Shown one piece after another: positions 1 to 10,447 of a stretch of DNA of 64,000 bases; position 1 is the stretch's first letter, and every line of letters starts with the position of its first letter. The notes beneath the pieces are model-generated. The model searched no databases and had not been told where the DNA came from. It was given only the letters and a program-made list of their open reading frames with translations. The position numbers and the translations under genes are program-made. The stretch covers positions 1,024,001-1,088,000 of the forward strand of contig CAWFOU010000007.1 of NCBI GenBank assembly GCA_963817525.1. Direction: 5' to 3'. This stretch comes from an uncultured archaeon. Lineage in GTDB: Archaea > Thermoproteota > Nitrososphaeria > Nitrososphaerales > Gagatemarchaeaceae.

Positions 1-2
1 CG

Positions 3-1007
3 GTGCCCGGGGGCTTCTATCAGCAGCAAGGGGTCAACCTGACAATCGACGCCCTCCAGTCGAGCGTGGTGATCCTCCAGGCACTCGAGTCAGGCTCAAT
101 CAACATCGCTGACATCTCAGCGACCGAAGCGTTCAAGACGAGCGCCCTCGGGCAAGCGAACTTCACGGCGATCATGGGCGATGAAGCTAACGACTGCTTC
201 ACCTGCGCGGGCGGGTTCTTCATCATCGGCAAGAGCTCCATAACGAACCTCTCCCAGCTCGCGGGTAAGAACGTCGGGGTCTCAGGGGTAGGGGGCGCGG
301 ATCAAGTGGCCGCGATTGCCGTCCTGAAGGCTCTCAACGTCACCTACAACCCCGCGACCGCCATAAACTGGGTCGCGGTGAGCACTACGCAGGCCCGCGT
401 CGCGGGATTGGCGCAGGGGTCGCTTGACGCCACCGTGACCACGGCCCAGAACCTGCCGGCGCTGGATACGATTCCCAACCTCACGATGATCGTGAACGCG
501 ACCACGTTCGCCAAGTACGAGCCTCCCGCCGTCCCTGGGATAGTCGTGAAGACGAGCTTCCTTCAAAGCCACGCCGCCCTTCTCCAGGAGTTCGTGAGAG
601 GGCTCATACTCGCCAACAGGGCGTTCGCGAGCAACATGACGCTGTGGCTCAACCTCGCGGAGACGGCTAGGCCAGACATGAACGCGTCGGAGCTGACCAC
701 CCTCTACAACGGATACACGCACGGATTCGCGATTAACGGCGGAATCAACATGCAAAGGGCCCAGGCGGGGGTCAACTATCTCTACACGACGACGGAGTTC
801 ACGAGCGAAAACGTCCCGGTGATAACCGCGGCGCAGTTCGTCAACACCACCCTCGTCGACAACGTGCTCCAGCAGTACGGGGTAATCTCCGCGTTCGACG
901 TCATCGGGAGGACGGTCTCGGGAGCCGCCACCAGCACCACCCTGGCCATGGCGATCCTGCCCCTGGAGTATCTGGAAGCACCGCAACAAGTATTAGGGAA
1001 GAGATAG
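3..1007 (+). CDS. NitT/TauT (SsuA/THI5-like) ABC substrate-binding protein, 5' partial
   Basis: LAGKNVGVSGVGG motif; directly upstream of TauB-like ATPase and permease. Confidence 0.8.
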   Translation: MPGGFYQQQGVNLTIDALQSSVVILQALESGSINIADISATEAFKTSALGQANFTAIMGDEANDCFTCAGGFFIIGKSSITNLSQLAGKNVGVSGVGGADQVAAIAVLKALNVTYNPATAINWVAVSTTQARVAGLAQGSLDATVTTAQNLPALDTIPNLTMIVNATTFAKYEPPAVPGIVVKTSFLQSHAALLQEFVRGLILANRAFASNMTLWLNLAETARPDMNASELTTLYNGYTHGFAINGGINMQRAQAGVNYLYTTTEFTSENVPVITAAQFVNTTLVDNVLQQYGVISAFDVIGRTVSGAATSTTLAMAILPLEYLEAPQQVLGKR

Positions 1008-1022
1008 TGCGAGAGGGCCGGG

Positions 1023-1895
1023 TTGGCTCCTAAGGTCATTGTCCGGGACCTTGCAAAGTCTTTCCCGCTTCGGCAAGGGAAGGGCTACGTCACCCTCAAC
1101 GTCATCGAAGACCTGTCGATGACCGTCGAGGAGAACGAATTCGTGGTCATAATCGGTCCCTCGGGGTCGGGGAAGACGACCCTTCTGAAGCTCATCGACG
1201 GGCTCATACCGCCGGACTCGGGCGAGATCCTTATCGACGGGACCGCACATCCGAAACCGGGCCCGAAGATGGGGTTCGTCTTCCAGTCCTTCAGGCTGAT
1301 GCCCTGGAAGACCGTCATGGGGAACGTTCTGTTCCCGTTGCAGCTGAACCACATCGACAAGCGGATCGCCTCCGATCGCGCCGTCAAGTACATAGGCCAA
1401 GTCGGGCTTACCGGCTTCGAGAACAGCTACCCTTCAGAGCTCTCGGGGGGGATGCAGCAGCGCGTCGGGCTCGCCAGGGCAATGGCCCTCGAACCCGAGA
1501 TATTGCTGATGGACGAGCCGTTCGGCTCGCTGGACGCCCAGACGAGCGAGCTCCTCCAGGTGGAGCTGCTCAAGCTTTGGCAGTCCAAGCAAAACACCGT
1601 CATCTTCGTGACCCACAACCTCGACGAGGCGCTCCTGCTCGCGGACAGAATCGTGCTGGTCGGGGCGAGGCCGACGAAGGTGGAGGAGGAGATCAAGGTC
1701 CCCTTCCGCAGGCCGCGATGGACCTACGACGTCCGATCCGAACCGGAATATCCCGTCCTGCGCCGTCATCTGTGGACCAGGCTCAGGGAGATGGTCACCA
1801 AGTCTGGCACTTTTCCGGAGGTGAATGTCGCTCCCACGACCACTGCCACGCTGGCAGGCGAGGAGTGGACGCCGAGAATGGCTGAGCGCAGTTGA
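1023..1895 (+). CDS. NitT/TauT ABC transporter ATP-binding protein
   Basis: Walker A GPSGSGKT, signature LSGGMQQR, Walker B LLMDEPF, VTH. Confidence 0.95.
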   Translation: MAPKVIVRDLAKSFPLRQGKGYVTLNVIEDLSMTVEENEFVVIIGPSGSGKTTLLKLIDGLIPPDSGEILIDGTAHPKPGPKMGFVFQSFRLMPWKTVMGNVLFPLQLNHIDKRIASDRAVKYIGQVGLTGFENSYPSELSGGMQQRVGLARAMALEPEILLMDEPFGSLDAQTSELLQVELLKLWQSKQNTVIFVTHNLDEALLLADRIVLVGARPTKVEEEIKVPFRRPRWTYDVRSEPEYPVLRRHLWTRLREMVTKSGTFPEVNVAPTTTATLAGEEWTPRMAERS

Positions 1896-2674
1896 GCGTC
1901 AAGGACGTAGTCGGAATCAGGAGGAAGAGGGTCGCGTGGGCGACGCGGATCATCATACTCGCCGCACTCATAGTAGTCTGGCAGATCGCCGCATTGACAC
2001 TGGGCACCCTTTTCCTCCCCCAACCCCTTGCCGTGGTGTTTGCGACTATCACCCTGTTCGGGAACGGGACCATCGAGCTGGCCCTGAAGCAGAGCATGAC
2101 CGTCTATTTGATCGCTTTCTCTATCTCCCTCGCCATCGGTATCCCCTTGGGGCTGGTCATGGGTGGCATCAGGGCGGTCGGGGATGCCGTCGACTCCTTC
2201 ATCAACCTCTTCAACTCGATGCCGAGGATCGCGCTCATCCCGCTGATGGTCGCTTGGTTTGGGCTCGGTGTGACGGCCAAGATAGCCATCGTCATCCTGC
2301 TCGCGTTCTTTCCGATAGTGATAAACACCTACAACGGGGTCTTGAACACGGACAAGGACCTGCTCGAGGCGGCCACATCCTTCGGCGCGAGCAGGGGGCA
2401 ACTGTTCACCGGAGTCATGCTCCGCGCCGCTCTCTCCAACATCGTCACCGGGATAAGGCTCGGCGCCTCCGTGGGGATCCTTGGCGTCGTGGTGGCAGAG
2501 CTCTTCACGGCCATCTCCGGGCTTGGAGGCCTGATAGTGACATACGGCAACCTATTCGAGCTCAACGACTATTTCGTCCCCGTCCTGGTGCTATCCGTCA
2601 TCGGGGTGAGTATCTCCGAGGGCCTGAAGTACGCGGAGAAGAGGCTCACTCCCTGGAAGCAGTTCCAAAGATGA
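1892..2674 (+). CDS. NitT/TauT ABC transporter permease
   Basis: Multi-TM; EAA loop (LLEAATSFGAS); overlaps ATPase stop. Confidence 0.92.
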   Translation: MSVKDVVGIRRKRVAWATRIIILAALIVVWQIAALTLGTLFLPQPLAVVFATITLFGNGTIELALKQSMTVYLIAFSISLAIGIPLGLVMGGIRAVGDAVDSFINLFNSMPRIALIPLMVAWFGLGVTAKIAIVILLAFFPIVINTYNGVLNTDKDLLEAATSFGASRGQLFTGVMLRAALSNIVTGIRLGASVGILGVVVAELFTAISGLGGLIVTYGNLFELNDYFVPVLVLSVIGVSISEGLKYAEKRLTPWKQFQR

Positions 2675-2690
2675 CGCTATAGGCGCGGTC

Positions 2691-3125
2691 TCACTTTGGG
2701 TCGACTGGCCGCGTGGTCACTTCGTCCTCGAGCTTGAGTCCGAGGTCCTTGCCGTTGACCAACTTCTTGCCTCGCACATAGATGTGGATGGCGACGGACT
2801 CGGGTGCCCTCAGCGCCGGGCACAGGTTGTATCCCACGATTGTGCCCACCTCCCTGCCCCCTGCTAGGACGTGGTCTCCCGCCCTCACGAACCCGCCCTC
2901 GTCCACCTCAAAATGCCCGACCAGCGAGAACCTGTTCACCTTCCCTCCCGGTTTCGCGTCAGGGTCGTCCGTGACAAAAATCTCGTATATCTCTCCCCGG
3001 TAAAGCGACCGAGGGACCACGTCCATCAGCTTGTGGTGCGCATCGTCGGGAGCCTTGGTCGTGCTCGTCGGGGCGACGGGGCGCTCGTTGACGTTGACAA
3101 GCTTTCCCTTGACTGGCCTCCTCAT
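2691..3125 (-). CDS. DUF6917-like hypothetical protein
   Basis: Likely start MRRPVKG at 3125; FEVDEGG..GD.V..GG..VGTIVG pattern recalled from DUF6917. Confidence 0.55.
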   Translation of the reverse strand: MRRPVKGKLVNVNERPVAPTSTTKAPDDAHHKLMDVVPRSLYRGEIYEIFVTDDPDAKPGGKVNRFSLVGHFEVDEGGFVRAGDHVLAGGREVGTIVGYNLCPALRAPESVAIHIYVRGKKLVNGKDLGLKLEDEVTTRPVDPK

Positions 3126-3297
3126 CGGCCCTCTCTCCTGGTCAGCATCGATTGTGTGGTCTGCGTGCTTTCCAAACCTCGGTGGTGTTGAGCAATCCAC
3201 GACTATATCATCGTTGGGTTGGAATGGCTCCAACTCGTTCGGCGGGCGTGAAGACTTATGTCTCCGCGACCCGTCCTTGGATTGCCGTGAAGCTGTC

Positions 3298-4299
3298 ATG
3301 ACCCCGCCCAAGCGCGGGCCGAAACTGGTCTGGGCGGAGCGGATTAAGCCGATGTCCCTCAATCCGGGCTCGGTGCCCATGCTCGCCTCCGACCTCGGGA
3401 TGTTCGGATCGGCGGGCGTCGACCTGATGGTCAAGGAGTACCTTGGATCGCCGGCGGCTATCGAGGCGATCAAATCGGGCGAGGCCGTCTTCGCCCAGGT
3501 GCCCACCCTGGAGGGCGCCAGGCTGATCGCCGAGCACGGCTGGCCGGGAAAGATCTTCTGGGTCAATCCGGCGGCGAAGACGTCGTCCTCGGTCGGCTTC
3601 GTGATGATGGCAGCCCCCTCGGTCAAGAAGCTCGCAGACCTGAAAGGAAGGAGGTTCGGAGTTGGGGCGGATGGGGACTACTGAACCCCTATCATAGCCA
3701 AGATGCTCCGCCTGAACGGGTTGAAACGTGAGGACATAATCTGGGTGAAGGACCTCGACCCCGTTCAGAAGGCCGACATGCTGCTTGACGGGAAGATCGA
3801 CGTCATGCTCACGAGCGTCCAGAACTACATCGGGAAGTTCGAGGGGGACCGCAGAGCGCACGTCTTGGCGCGAGGCGACGACCTGAACAAGTGGAGGGGC
3901 GGCGAGCCTCAAGGGCCGTCCTTCGTGGGGCTCGCGTCGGACAAGACGCTCGAGCAGCACAGCGACACCGTGGAGCTCGTCACCACCATGCTGCTGAAGG
4001 CCGCGAGGCTGTTTAGCGAGAACCGGGAGGTCTGGGTCGAAGCCGCTTCAAAGCGGAGGCCCGACGTGCCCGAGGAGAAGATCGGGAAGCTATGGGAGTT
4101 CTTCCAAGGGGACTGGCCCGTCAACGGCGGCGTCGAAGCCGCCCGCCCCGAAATTCTTGCGGACCTCGGGCGCAAGAATGGTCCCGGGTCGAACGGGAGG
4201 TCGTCGACCGGCAACCTGTTCGCCTCCGAGTTCGAATCGAAAGCCATCGAGAAGCTGGGGCTCTATCTGACTCCTGACACGCGAGAGCGGTCCCCATGA
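3298..4299 (+). pseudogene. Second NitT/TauT substrate-binding-like protein split by an in-frame TGA at 3682-3684
   Basis: LADLKGRRFGVG..GDY*TPIIAKMLRLNG continues in frame into ORF 3703-4299; C-terminal WPVNGG resembles FAINGG of the first SBP. Confidence 0.7.
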
Positions 4300-4365
4300 A
4301 CCGTCGCTGACGAGGTTTGTACTTTCGGCCAATCAGATTCTCATACGTTAAAGTATTCGCGAGCC

Positions 4366-4803
4366 TTGAGCCGTCGCGGAAGCGAGACTTTGCCCAAAGA
4401 CAAGCTGGCGCCTTGGAAGAAGGCCGCGAAGAAGCCGCAGCTACTGAGCTGGAGCGGCGTCAGGGAGGAGAAGATGAACGACAAGATAACCAGGAAGCTC
4501 GCCGTCGGCCAGAACGAGATGATCGGCCGCCTGCACCTCGCGAAGGGGGCCTTCGTCCCTCCGCACAAGCACGTGAGCGAGCAGATCACCATGGTGATGA
4601 GCGGCTCGCTCAAGTTCACCATCGGCGGCGAGGACATAATGATGAAAGCGGGCGATGTCCTCGTGATCCCGCCGAACGTCGTCCACTCTGCCCTGGCCCT
4701 CGAGGATTGCGACGACATCGACGCCTTCAGCCCACTGAGGCTCGACTGGCTCACCGGCGACGACGCCTACCTGAAGACGGGCAAGTCCACGCTCAAAAAG
4801 TGA
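4366..4803 (+). CDS. Cupin domain protein
   Basis: HKHVSEQ and GD..VIPPNVVH cupin motifs; IDAFSPLR tail. Confidence 0.9.
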   Translation: MSRRGSETLPKDKLAPWKKAAKKPQLLSWSGVREEKMNDKITRKLAVGQNEMIGRLHLAKGAFVPPHKHVSEQITMVMSGSLKFTIGGEDIMMKAGDVLVIPPNVVHSALALEDCDDIDAFSPLRLDWLTGDDAYLKTGKSTLKK

Positions 4804-4899
4804 GGCTCGGCCCAAGCCCCGCGGTTGGGGGCGCCCATCACCAACCCAGAGAACTGCGTGCCAGTTTTTAAGGGGCAGAGGGCCGCCGCCGCACGACGG

Positions 4900-5790
4900 A
4901 TGTCTAGCAAGCAGCTCTCCCAGACCGCCGTCGGCGAGGCGAAGGACGAGATGACCGACTACACCACCTACAAGCGGCTGGCTGAGTCGGAGAAGAGCGA
5001 GACCAATAGGGAGATGTTCGCGAAGCTCACCACGATGGAGCACAACCACTACGAGCTGTGGATGAAGTACGTCCCCAAGGGAACCTTGGCGGTGGGCCCG
5101 AAGAGGGCGACGGTCTTCCTGGTGCTCTTCCTCCGCCGGCTCCTCGGAGCCTCGTTCGCGATCAAGTTCCTGGAGCGCCGAGAGAAGAACACCGTCGCGA
5201 AGTACGAGGCCCTGAAGCCCTCCGTCCCCGCGGGGGACCAAGCCGCCTTCCAGTCGATGATCGAGGACGAGAAGGGGCACGAGACCGCCTTCGCTGACGT
5301 CGTGGCGGGGAGCTACGTCAAGTACATCTCGTTCATCGTCCTCGGCCTGGCCGACGCCCTGGTCGAGATCGCGGGCATCCACGCCGGGTCGCTAGGGATC
5401 TACAAGTCGACCGAGCTCACGGGCCTCGCGGGGATCGTCGCGGGAGCTGCCGCCTCGCTCGCGATGGCCTCAGCCGCGTACGCTCAGGCCAAACAGGGGT
5501 TCGAGGGGTCCTCCACTCTCGCGGCGGGTTACACCGGAGGGTCGTACTTCGTCGCGGCCGTCCTCCTGGCCCTGCCGTACTTCCTGACCAAGACGATGCT
5601 CGTCGCGATCACGGCCTCCGTGTTGGTGGGTCTCTCGATCATCGCGTTCGTGACCTGGTACAACTCCATAATCGTGGGGAGTCGCTTCGTGAGGGAGTTC
5701 TCGGAGCTCGCGGGCGTGATGCTCGGCGCCACTCTGGCGCTCTATGTCTTCGGTAGCATCATCCGGGTGCTGTTCGGGATCTCGATCTAG
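4900..5790 (+). CDS. Rubrerythrin/ferritin-like + VIT1/CCC1 membrane protein
   Basis: ExxH motifs (MEHNH, DEKGHE) then hydrophobic domain with VLGLADALVE. Confidence 0.85.
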   Translation: MSSKQLSQTAVGEAKDEMTDYTTYKRLAESEKSETNREMFAKLTTMEHNHYELWMKYVPKGTLAVGPKRATVFLVLFLRRLLGASFAIKFLERREKNTVAKYEALKPSVPAGDQAAFQSMIEDEKGHETAFADVVAGSYVKYISFIVLGLADALVEIAGIHAGSLGIYKSTELTGLAGIVAGAAASLAMASAAYAQAKQGFEGSSTLAAGYTGGSYFVAAVLLALPYFLTKTMLVAITASVLVGLSIIAFVTWYNSIIVGSRFVREFSELAGVMLGATLALYVFGSIIRVLFGISI

Positions 5791-5793
5791 GGG

Positions 5794-7437
5794 CTAGAAT
5801 ATCCCGCTGACGACGCCCTCGTCGCTGAGGGAGATCCTCTCCGCGGCGGGGGAAGAGGGCAGCCCGGGCATCCTCGATATCTCCCCCATCTCGACGATCA
5901 CGTACCCCGCGCCCGCAGCGAGCTCCACTGCGTGGACGGCCGCTACGAAGCCTCGCGGCCTCCCGACCAGCTTGGGGTCGTCTGAGAGTGAGTTGGACGT
6001 CTTGGCTATGCAGATCGGAAGGCCCCCGTAGCCCAGCTTGGTGATCTTCTCCAGCTCCGCCTCAGCCGCGTCCGTGTAGGAGACGCTCGACCCCCCGTAC
6101 ATCTCGTCCACGACTTTGCCCACCTTCGCGCGGATGGTGTCTCTCGCCTCGTAGACCGGAGTGCAGGCGCCGCCCTTCCCAGCCTCCTCGACGACGAGCC
6201 CGGCCAGCCTCTCTGACCCCTCGCCCCCCTCGGCGAAGGCAGAGGTTGCGGAGAAGGGGACACCCTCCTTCGCGCAAAAGCCAGAGACCTCCCGCACCTC
6301 CTCTTCCCCGTCCCCCTCGAAGAGGTTGAGGGCCACGACGGGCCTCAGCCCGAGGGTCCGCACGTTCTCTATGTGCTTGGCGAGGTTCTCCAGTCCCGCC
6401 CTGACCGCCTGGGGGTCAGGACCCTCGGGAGACGCGGGCGGGACACTCTCCCCTCCCCGCCCGTGGTGCCTCAGCGCCCTCACCGTGGCCACGATGACCG
6501 CCGCGTCGACCCCGACCCCCGCGACGCGGGTCACGATGTCGACGAACTTCTCGGCCCCCAGGTCGCTCCCGAACCCCGCCTCCACCACGGCATAGTCCGA
6601 GCATTGCAGGGCGAGTTGGATAGAGACGATGCTGCAGGTCCCGTGGGCTATGTTCCCGAAAGGCCCGCCGTGCACGAGCGCGGGCGTCCCCTCGGCGGTC
6701 TGGACGAGGTTGGGCTCGAGCGCCTCCTTCAGGAGCGCGGCCATGGCGCCCACCACCTTGAGGTCAGCTGCCGTGACCTGGCGCCCATCCCTAGCGTAGG
6801 CCACCACCATCCTGCCGAGCCTGGACTTTAGGTCCGCGTAGTCCCTGCTGAGGCAGAGTATCGCCATCACCTCGGACGCGGCCGTGATGATGAACTTCCC
6901 GTCGTGAGGCTCGCCGTCCTTCGCCCCCATCGCCACCCTCACATCGCGCAGCGCCCTGTCCTCCACGTCCAGCACCCTGGGCCAGAGTATCTCGTCGGGG
7001 TCGATCCCGAGGGCGTTGCCGTGGAAGACGTGGTTGTCTATTGCCGCGGCTAGGAGGTTGTGGGCTGCCGTTATCGCGTCGATGTCCCCGGTGAGCCGCA
7101 TGTTGACCTCCTCCATGGGCTCCAGCGTGGAGCTCCCCCCGCCCGCCCCTCCTCCCTTTATCCCGAAGACCGGCCCCAGCGAGGGCTGCCTGATGCACGC
7201 GACCGCCAGCTTCCCGAGCCTCCCCAGCCCCATGGCGAGGCCGATCGAGACGACCGTCTTGCCCTCGCCGTGGGGGGTCGGCGTGATCCCCGTGACCATG
7301 ACGAGCTTCCCTCTCGGAGCCCGGCCTGTCAGCGCGCGCAAGGAGATCTTGGCCTTGTACTTGCCATAGCGCGTCGCGAGGTCTTCGTCGAGCCCGAGCT
7401 CCGAGACGACCTCCTCGATCGGCCGCATGGGCCTCAC
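5794..7437 (-). CDS. fhs: Formate--tetrahydrofolate ligase
   Basis: TPTPHGEGKT, GIKGGGAGGG, HGGPFGNIAHG, EAGFGSDLGAEKF, MPGLP. Confidence 0.97.
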   Translation of the reverse strand: MRPMRPIEEVVSELGLDEDLATRYGKYKAKISLRALTGRAPRGKLVMVTGITPTPHGEGKTVVSIGLAMGLGRLGKLAVACIRQPSLGPVFGIKGGGAGGGSSTLEPMEEVNMRLTGDIDAITAAHNLLAAAIDNHVFHGNALGIDPDEILWPRVLDVEDRALRDVRVAMGAKDGEPHDGKFIITAASEVMAILCLSRDYADLKSRLGRMVVAYARDGRQVTAADLKVVGAMAALLKEALEPNLVQTAEGTPALVHGGPFGNIAHGTCSIVSIQLALQCSDYAVVEAGFGSDLGAEKFVDIVTRVAGVGVDAAVIVATVRALRHHGRGGESVPPASPEGPDPQAVRAGLENLAKHIENVRTLGLRPVVALNLFEGDGEEEVREVSGFCAKEGVPFSATSAFAEGGEGSERLAGLVVEEAGKGGACTPVYEARDTIRAKVGKVVDEMYGGSSVSYTDAAEAELEKITKLGYGGLPICIAKTSNSLSDDPKLVGRPRGFVAAVHAVELAAGAGYVIVEMGEISRMPGLPSSPAAERISLSDEGVVSGIF

Positions 7438-7461
7438 CCTGGCGCCTCGCGACCCGGCCCG

Positions 7462-7782
7462 CTACTTCGAGGTCGCGGCCAGAGGAGGGACGACGGTGGC
7501 CATGCCGAGCGCCGCCTCGCCCGGGTCGATGCCAGCGCTATAGAGGGACTCCATGATGGCGTGCACCAGCTCCATCGCCGACGACGGGCTAAGCTCCACC
7601 GCGACCCTGGCCCCTGGACCCTCCTTCTCGTTGAAGAACTCGACGTTCACTCCCTGGGGCGTGGACATGTGGTAGGTGCAGTCGTACATCACGCTGACCT
7701 CCTCGAGCTTGAACCACCCTTCGGGTCCCTTACCCGCACCCGCGACCCTTGCCTTTTGGACCAGCCCTGTGCACATGCCCAT
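7462..7782 (-). CDS. DUF6295-like protein
   Basis: MCT..GAGKGPEGWF..GPGARVAVELS pattern; co-oriented with the adjacent hydrolase. Confidence 0.65.
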   Translation of the reverse strand: MGMCTGLVQKARVAGAGKGPEGWFKLEEVSVMYDCTYHMSTPQGVNVEFFNEKEGPGARVAVELSPSSAMELVHAIMESLYSAGIDPGEAALGMATVVPPLAATSK

Positions 7783-7789
7783 CGCCTCC

Positions 7790-8569
7790 CTAGGCGCTCT
7801 CCGACGCCAGATACTTCTCCAGGAACGCGAAGATCTTCTTCCAGCCCTCGACGGCCTGCTCCTGCCTGTACATCGGCTTGTCGTAATAGAAGAAGCCGTG
7901 CCCCGCCTTCGGGAACATGTGGAACTCGTAGGTCTTGCCGAACTTCTTGAGCGCCTCCTCGTGCTGGGCGACCTGCTGGGGCGTGGGGTACTGGTCCTCC
8001 TCGCCGAATATGCCGAGCAGCGGGCATGAGAGGTCGACGGTGTAGTCGATGGGGGCGACGGGCGTCTTCGGGGTCAGCTCCGAGGGGGCCATGACGACGC
8101 GCCCTCCCCAGCAGTCCACCGCGGCGCTGAAGCCCTTGCTCCTGCAAGCGGCGAGGAACGCATGGCGGCCTCCCGAGCACGTCCCAAACACGCCGACCTT
8201 GCCGTTCGACGTGGGGTGGTCGGTGAGGTAGTCCCTCGCGCCCGCTGCGTCCCCGACCACCTGGTCGTCGGGAGCCCCTCCCGCGGTGCGGGCTTTGGCC
8301 GCGACGTCCTCGGGCGTCCCGTGGCCGAAGCGATAGAAGATGTTGGGGCTTATCGCCTGATATCCGTGGAGCGCGAACCTGTGCGTGGCCTCCCTATACC
8401 ACTCGTCCCAACCCGGCATGTGGTTGATCAAGACCATCCCGGGGTGAGGGCCTGGCCCGAGGGGTCGCGCGAGGTACGCGTTGATGGTCTCCCCGTTGAA
8501 CCCCTTCATGACGACCGTCTCTGCGAGGATCCCTTCATACATGTCAGTCCGATATTGCTTGTGCGGCAA
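7790..8569 (-). CDS. Dienelactone hydrolase family protein
   Basis: GTCSGG nucleophile, GEEDQ, AGHGF. Confidence 0.92.
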   Translation of the reverse strand: MPHKQYRTDMYEGILAETVVMKGFNGETINAYLARPLGPGPHPGMVLINHMPGWDEWYREATHRFALHGYQAISPNIFYRFGHGTPEDVAAKARTAGGAPDDQVVGDAAGARDYLTDHPTSNGKVGVFGTCSGGRHAFLAACRSKGFSAAVDCWGGRVVMAPSELTPKTPVAPIDYTVDLSCPLLGIFGEEDQYPTPQQVAQHEEALKKFGKTYEFHMFPKAGHGFFYYDKPMYRQEQAVEGWKKIFAFLEKYLASESA

Positions 8570-8622
8570 GGTGACGGAGGTTTGCTCGTCCGGCGCTTAA
8601 AGGGTTATGAGGCAGAGGGCGC

Positions 8623-9366
8623 CTAGACTTCCTTCCATCTCGCCTTCTTGGAGACCACGACGAGGAGGATGGCGGCGAGCGCCGCGATCACCGCCCAGTC
8701 GATTATCACGCTCCCTTCCCCGAGCTTGAGGTACCCGACGGTGTTCTGCATTATCTCCGCCACGTAGGTGGTCGGCGAGAGGTACGCGAGGTACCTGAAA
8801 GGCAGGGGGATGTACGTTATCGGGTAGTAAACGGGCGTTATCGCGGTGAAAATCGTTGTTAGGAGCCTCGACCAGGCGAAGCTCTGGACGATGTCGCTCG
8901 AGAGGGTCGCGAACATGAACCCTATCGTGATCGAGGTCAGGAACATAAGGAGCAGGGCGGCGGTCAGCTCGACGGCCTCCAGCGCGCCGGGATGGATGTA
9001 GACACCCGCCAGGATCACGAGAATCCCCAGCGCGGGGAGGTTGTAGGTAATCTCGGAGGTCGCCATCCCGAGGACGTAGATGGCGGGCGAGGCCGGAGAG
9101 CTCACCAGCATGTCCTGGACCTTGAAGTCGTTCTTGAGGTGGGAAAGGTCCCCCTGGAGCGACATCCCGCTCTGGAACATGCTCATGATGAGCCCTCCCT
9201 CTATCGCCTGCCCGATCAGGGCCCCCTTGCTCACAAAGTCGATCACGACGAGGAACGAGAGGGGCGAGAGCACCGTGTTGACGAGGTTGATCGGGTAGTT
9301 CTTCATCTCGTAGACCGCGTTGACGAGGATCGAGGCGAGCAGTTGGCTCGAGCGGCTCCTCCTCAC
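8623..9366 (-). CDS. ABC-2 type exporter permease
   Basis: About 6 TM, PVYYP..LSPTTY; GTG start overlapping the ATPase stop (GTGA). Confidence 0.85.
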   Translation of the reverse strand: MRRSRSSQLLASILVNAVYEMKNYPINLVNTVLSPLSFLVVIDFVSKGALIGQAIEGGLIMSMFQSGMSLQGDLSHLKNDFKVQDMLVSSPASPAIYVLGMATSEITYNLPALGILVILAGVYIHPGALEAVELTAALLLMFLTSITIGFMFATLSSDIVQSFAWSRLLTTIFTAITPVYYPITYIPLPFRYLAYLSPTTYVAEIMQNTVGYLKLGEGSVIIDWAVIAALAAILLVVVSKKARWKEV

Positions 9367-10307
9367 GCCGACCACCCCCCCTCCGTCCCCACGGTCGCGG
9401 CTTCCTGCTCCTGCTGCGTGGTCTCCCCGACGAGCTGGAAGAATATGTCGTCGAGCGAGACCGGGGCGATGGAGAACCTCGTCCCCGACGTCGAGAGCTT
9501 TCTCGACAGCGAGAAGGCCTCGTCCTCGTTGGTGAGTATCTGGACCTGCCCGTCTCTCCCAGTGGTGACCTCGCCCTGGGAGACGCTCGGGACGGGGGAG
9601 TTGGCGGGGAGCTTGATGCTGTACTGGTATCTCGTCCGCTCCCGGATGGAGGGGACCGTCCCCACCGCTACGAGGCGCCCGCCGCCGAGTATCGCCAGGG
9701 TGTCTGCGAGCTGCTCCGCCTCCTCGAGGTAGTGGGTCGTGAGGAAGATGAAACGGTCCTTCGCGAGCTCGCGCAGGATCCCCCAAAAGTCCCTCCTCGA
9801 AATCGGGTCGAGGCCGGTCGTCGGCTCGTCGAGGAAGATGATGTCGGCCTCCGAGGCGAGCACCATCGCTGCCAGGGCCTTCCTCTTGGTGCCCCCCGAG
9901 AGCTTGCGGTTGAGGGTGTCCGCGAACTTGTCGAGCTTCAGCCTCGCCAGCGACTCCTCCGCCCTCTTCTTCGCCTCGGAGTAGTCGAACCCTCTCCACA
10001 TCAGGTAGGTGAGGGTTGCCTGCTTCGGCGTCATCCACGATATCGTCCTCGCCTCCTGCGGGACTATGGCAATCCTCTCCCTGAGCCTCTTGTCCTCTCG
10101 CACCACGTCGATGCCGTTTATCCAGGCAGTGCCCGAGGTGGGCGCAAGCTCGGTGGCGAGTATCCTCACGAGCGTCGTCTTGCCCGCGCCGTTCCTGCCT
10201 ATGAGCGCGAATATCCCCGACGACGGGGCGGAGAGGCTGACGTCCTGGAGGGCCATCGACGGCCCGCCGTACGTCTTGCTCAGCCTTTCGGTGACAATCT
10301 GATCCAA
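9363..10307 (-). CDS. ABC-2 exporter ATP-binding protein
   Basis: GRNGAGKTT, LSGGTKRK, FLDEPTTGLD, TTHYLEEA. Confidence 0.95.
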   Translation of the reverse strand: MDQIVTERLSKTYGGPSMALQDVSLSAPSSGIFALIGRNGAGKTTLVRILATELAPTSGTAWINGIDVVREDKRLRERIAIVPQEARTISWMTPKQATLTYLMWRGFDYSEAKKRAEESLARLKLDKFADTLNRKLSGGTKRKALAAMVLASEADIIFLDEPTTGLDPISRRDFWGILRELAKDRFIFLTTHYLEEAEQLADTLAILGGGRLVAVGTVPSIRERTRYQYSIKLPANSPVPSVSQGEVTTGRDGQVQILTNEDEAFSLSRKLSTSGTRFSIAPVSLDDIFFQLVGETTQQEQEAATVGTEGGWSA

Positions 10308-10447
10308 GCGGTCTCTCTGAAATCCGCTCGCGTATCGAGTGCTATTTTAACTGGGGACCGCGCGTCCTGACCTGGCCGCGCCGGCGTCGTAGAGCACTCC
10401 TCTACAATCGTATTATACCGGGGCAGGCCGCGAACGACGACCGAGAT

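Noticed and set aside
3682-3684. In-frame TGA in the substrate-binding protein as selenocysteine or recoding
   Set aside because: Not a redox-type position, no SECIS recognised, and TGA is a normal stop throughout the window; a nonsense change or base error is simpler
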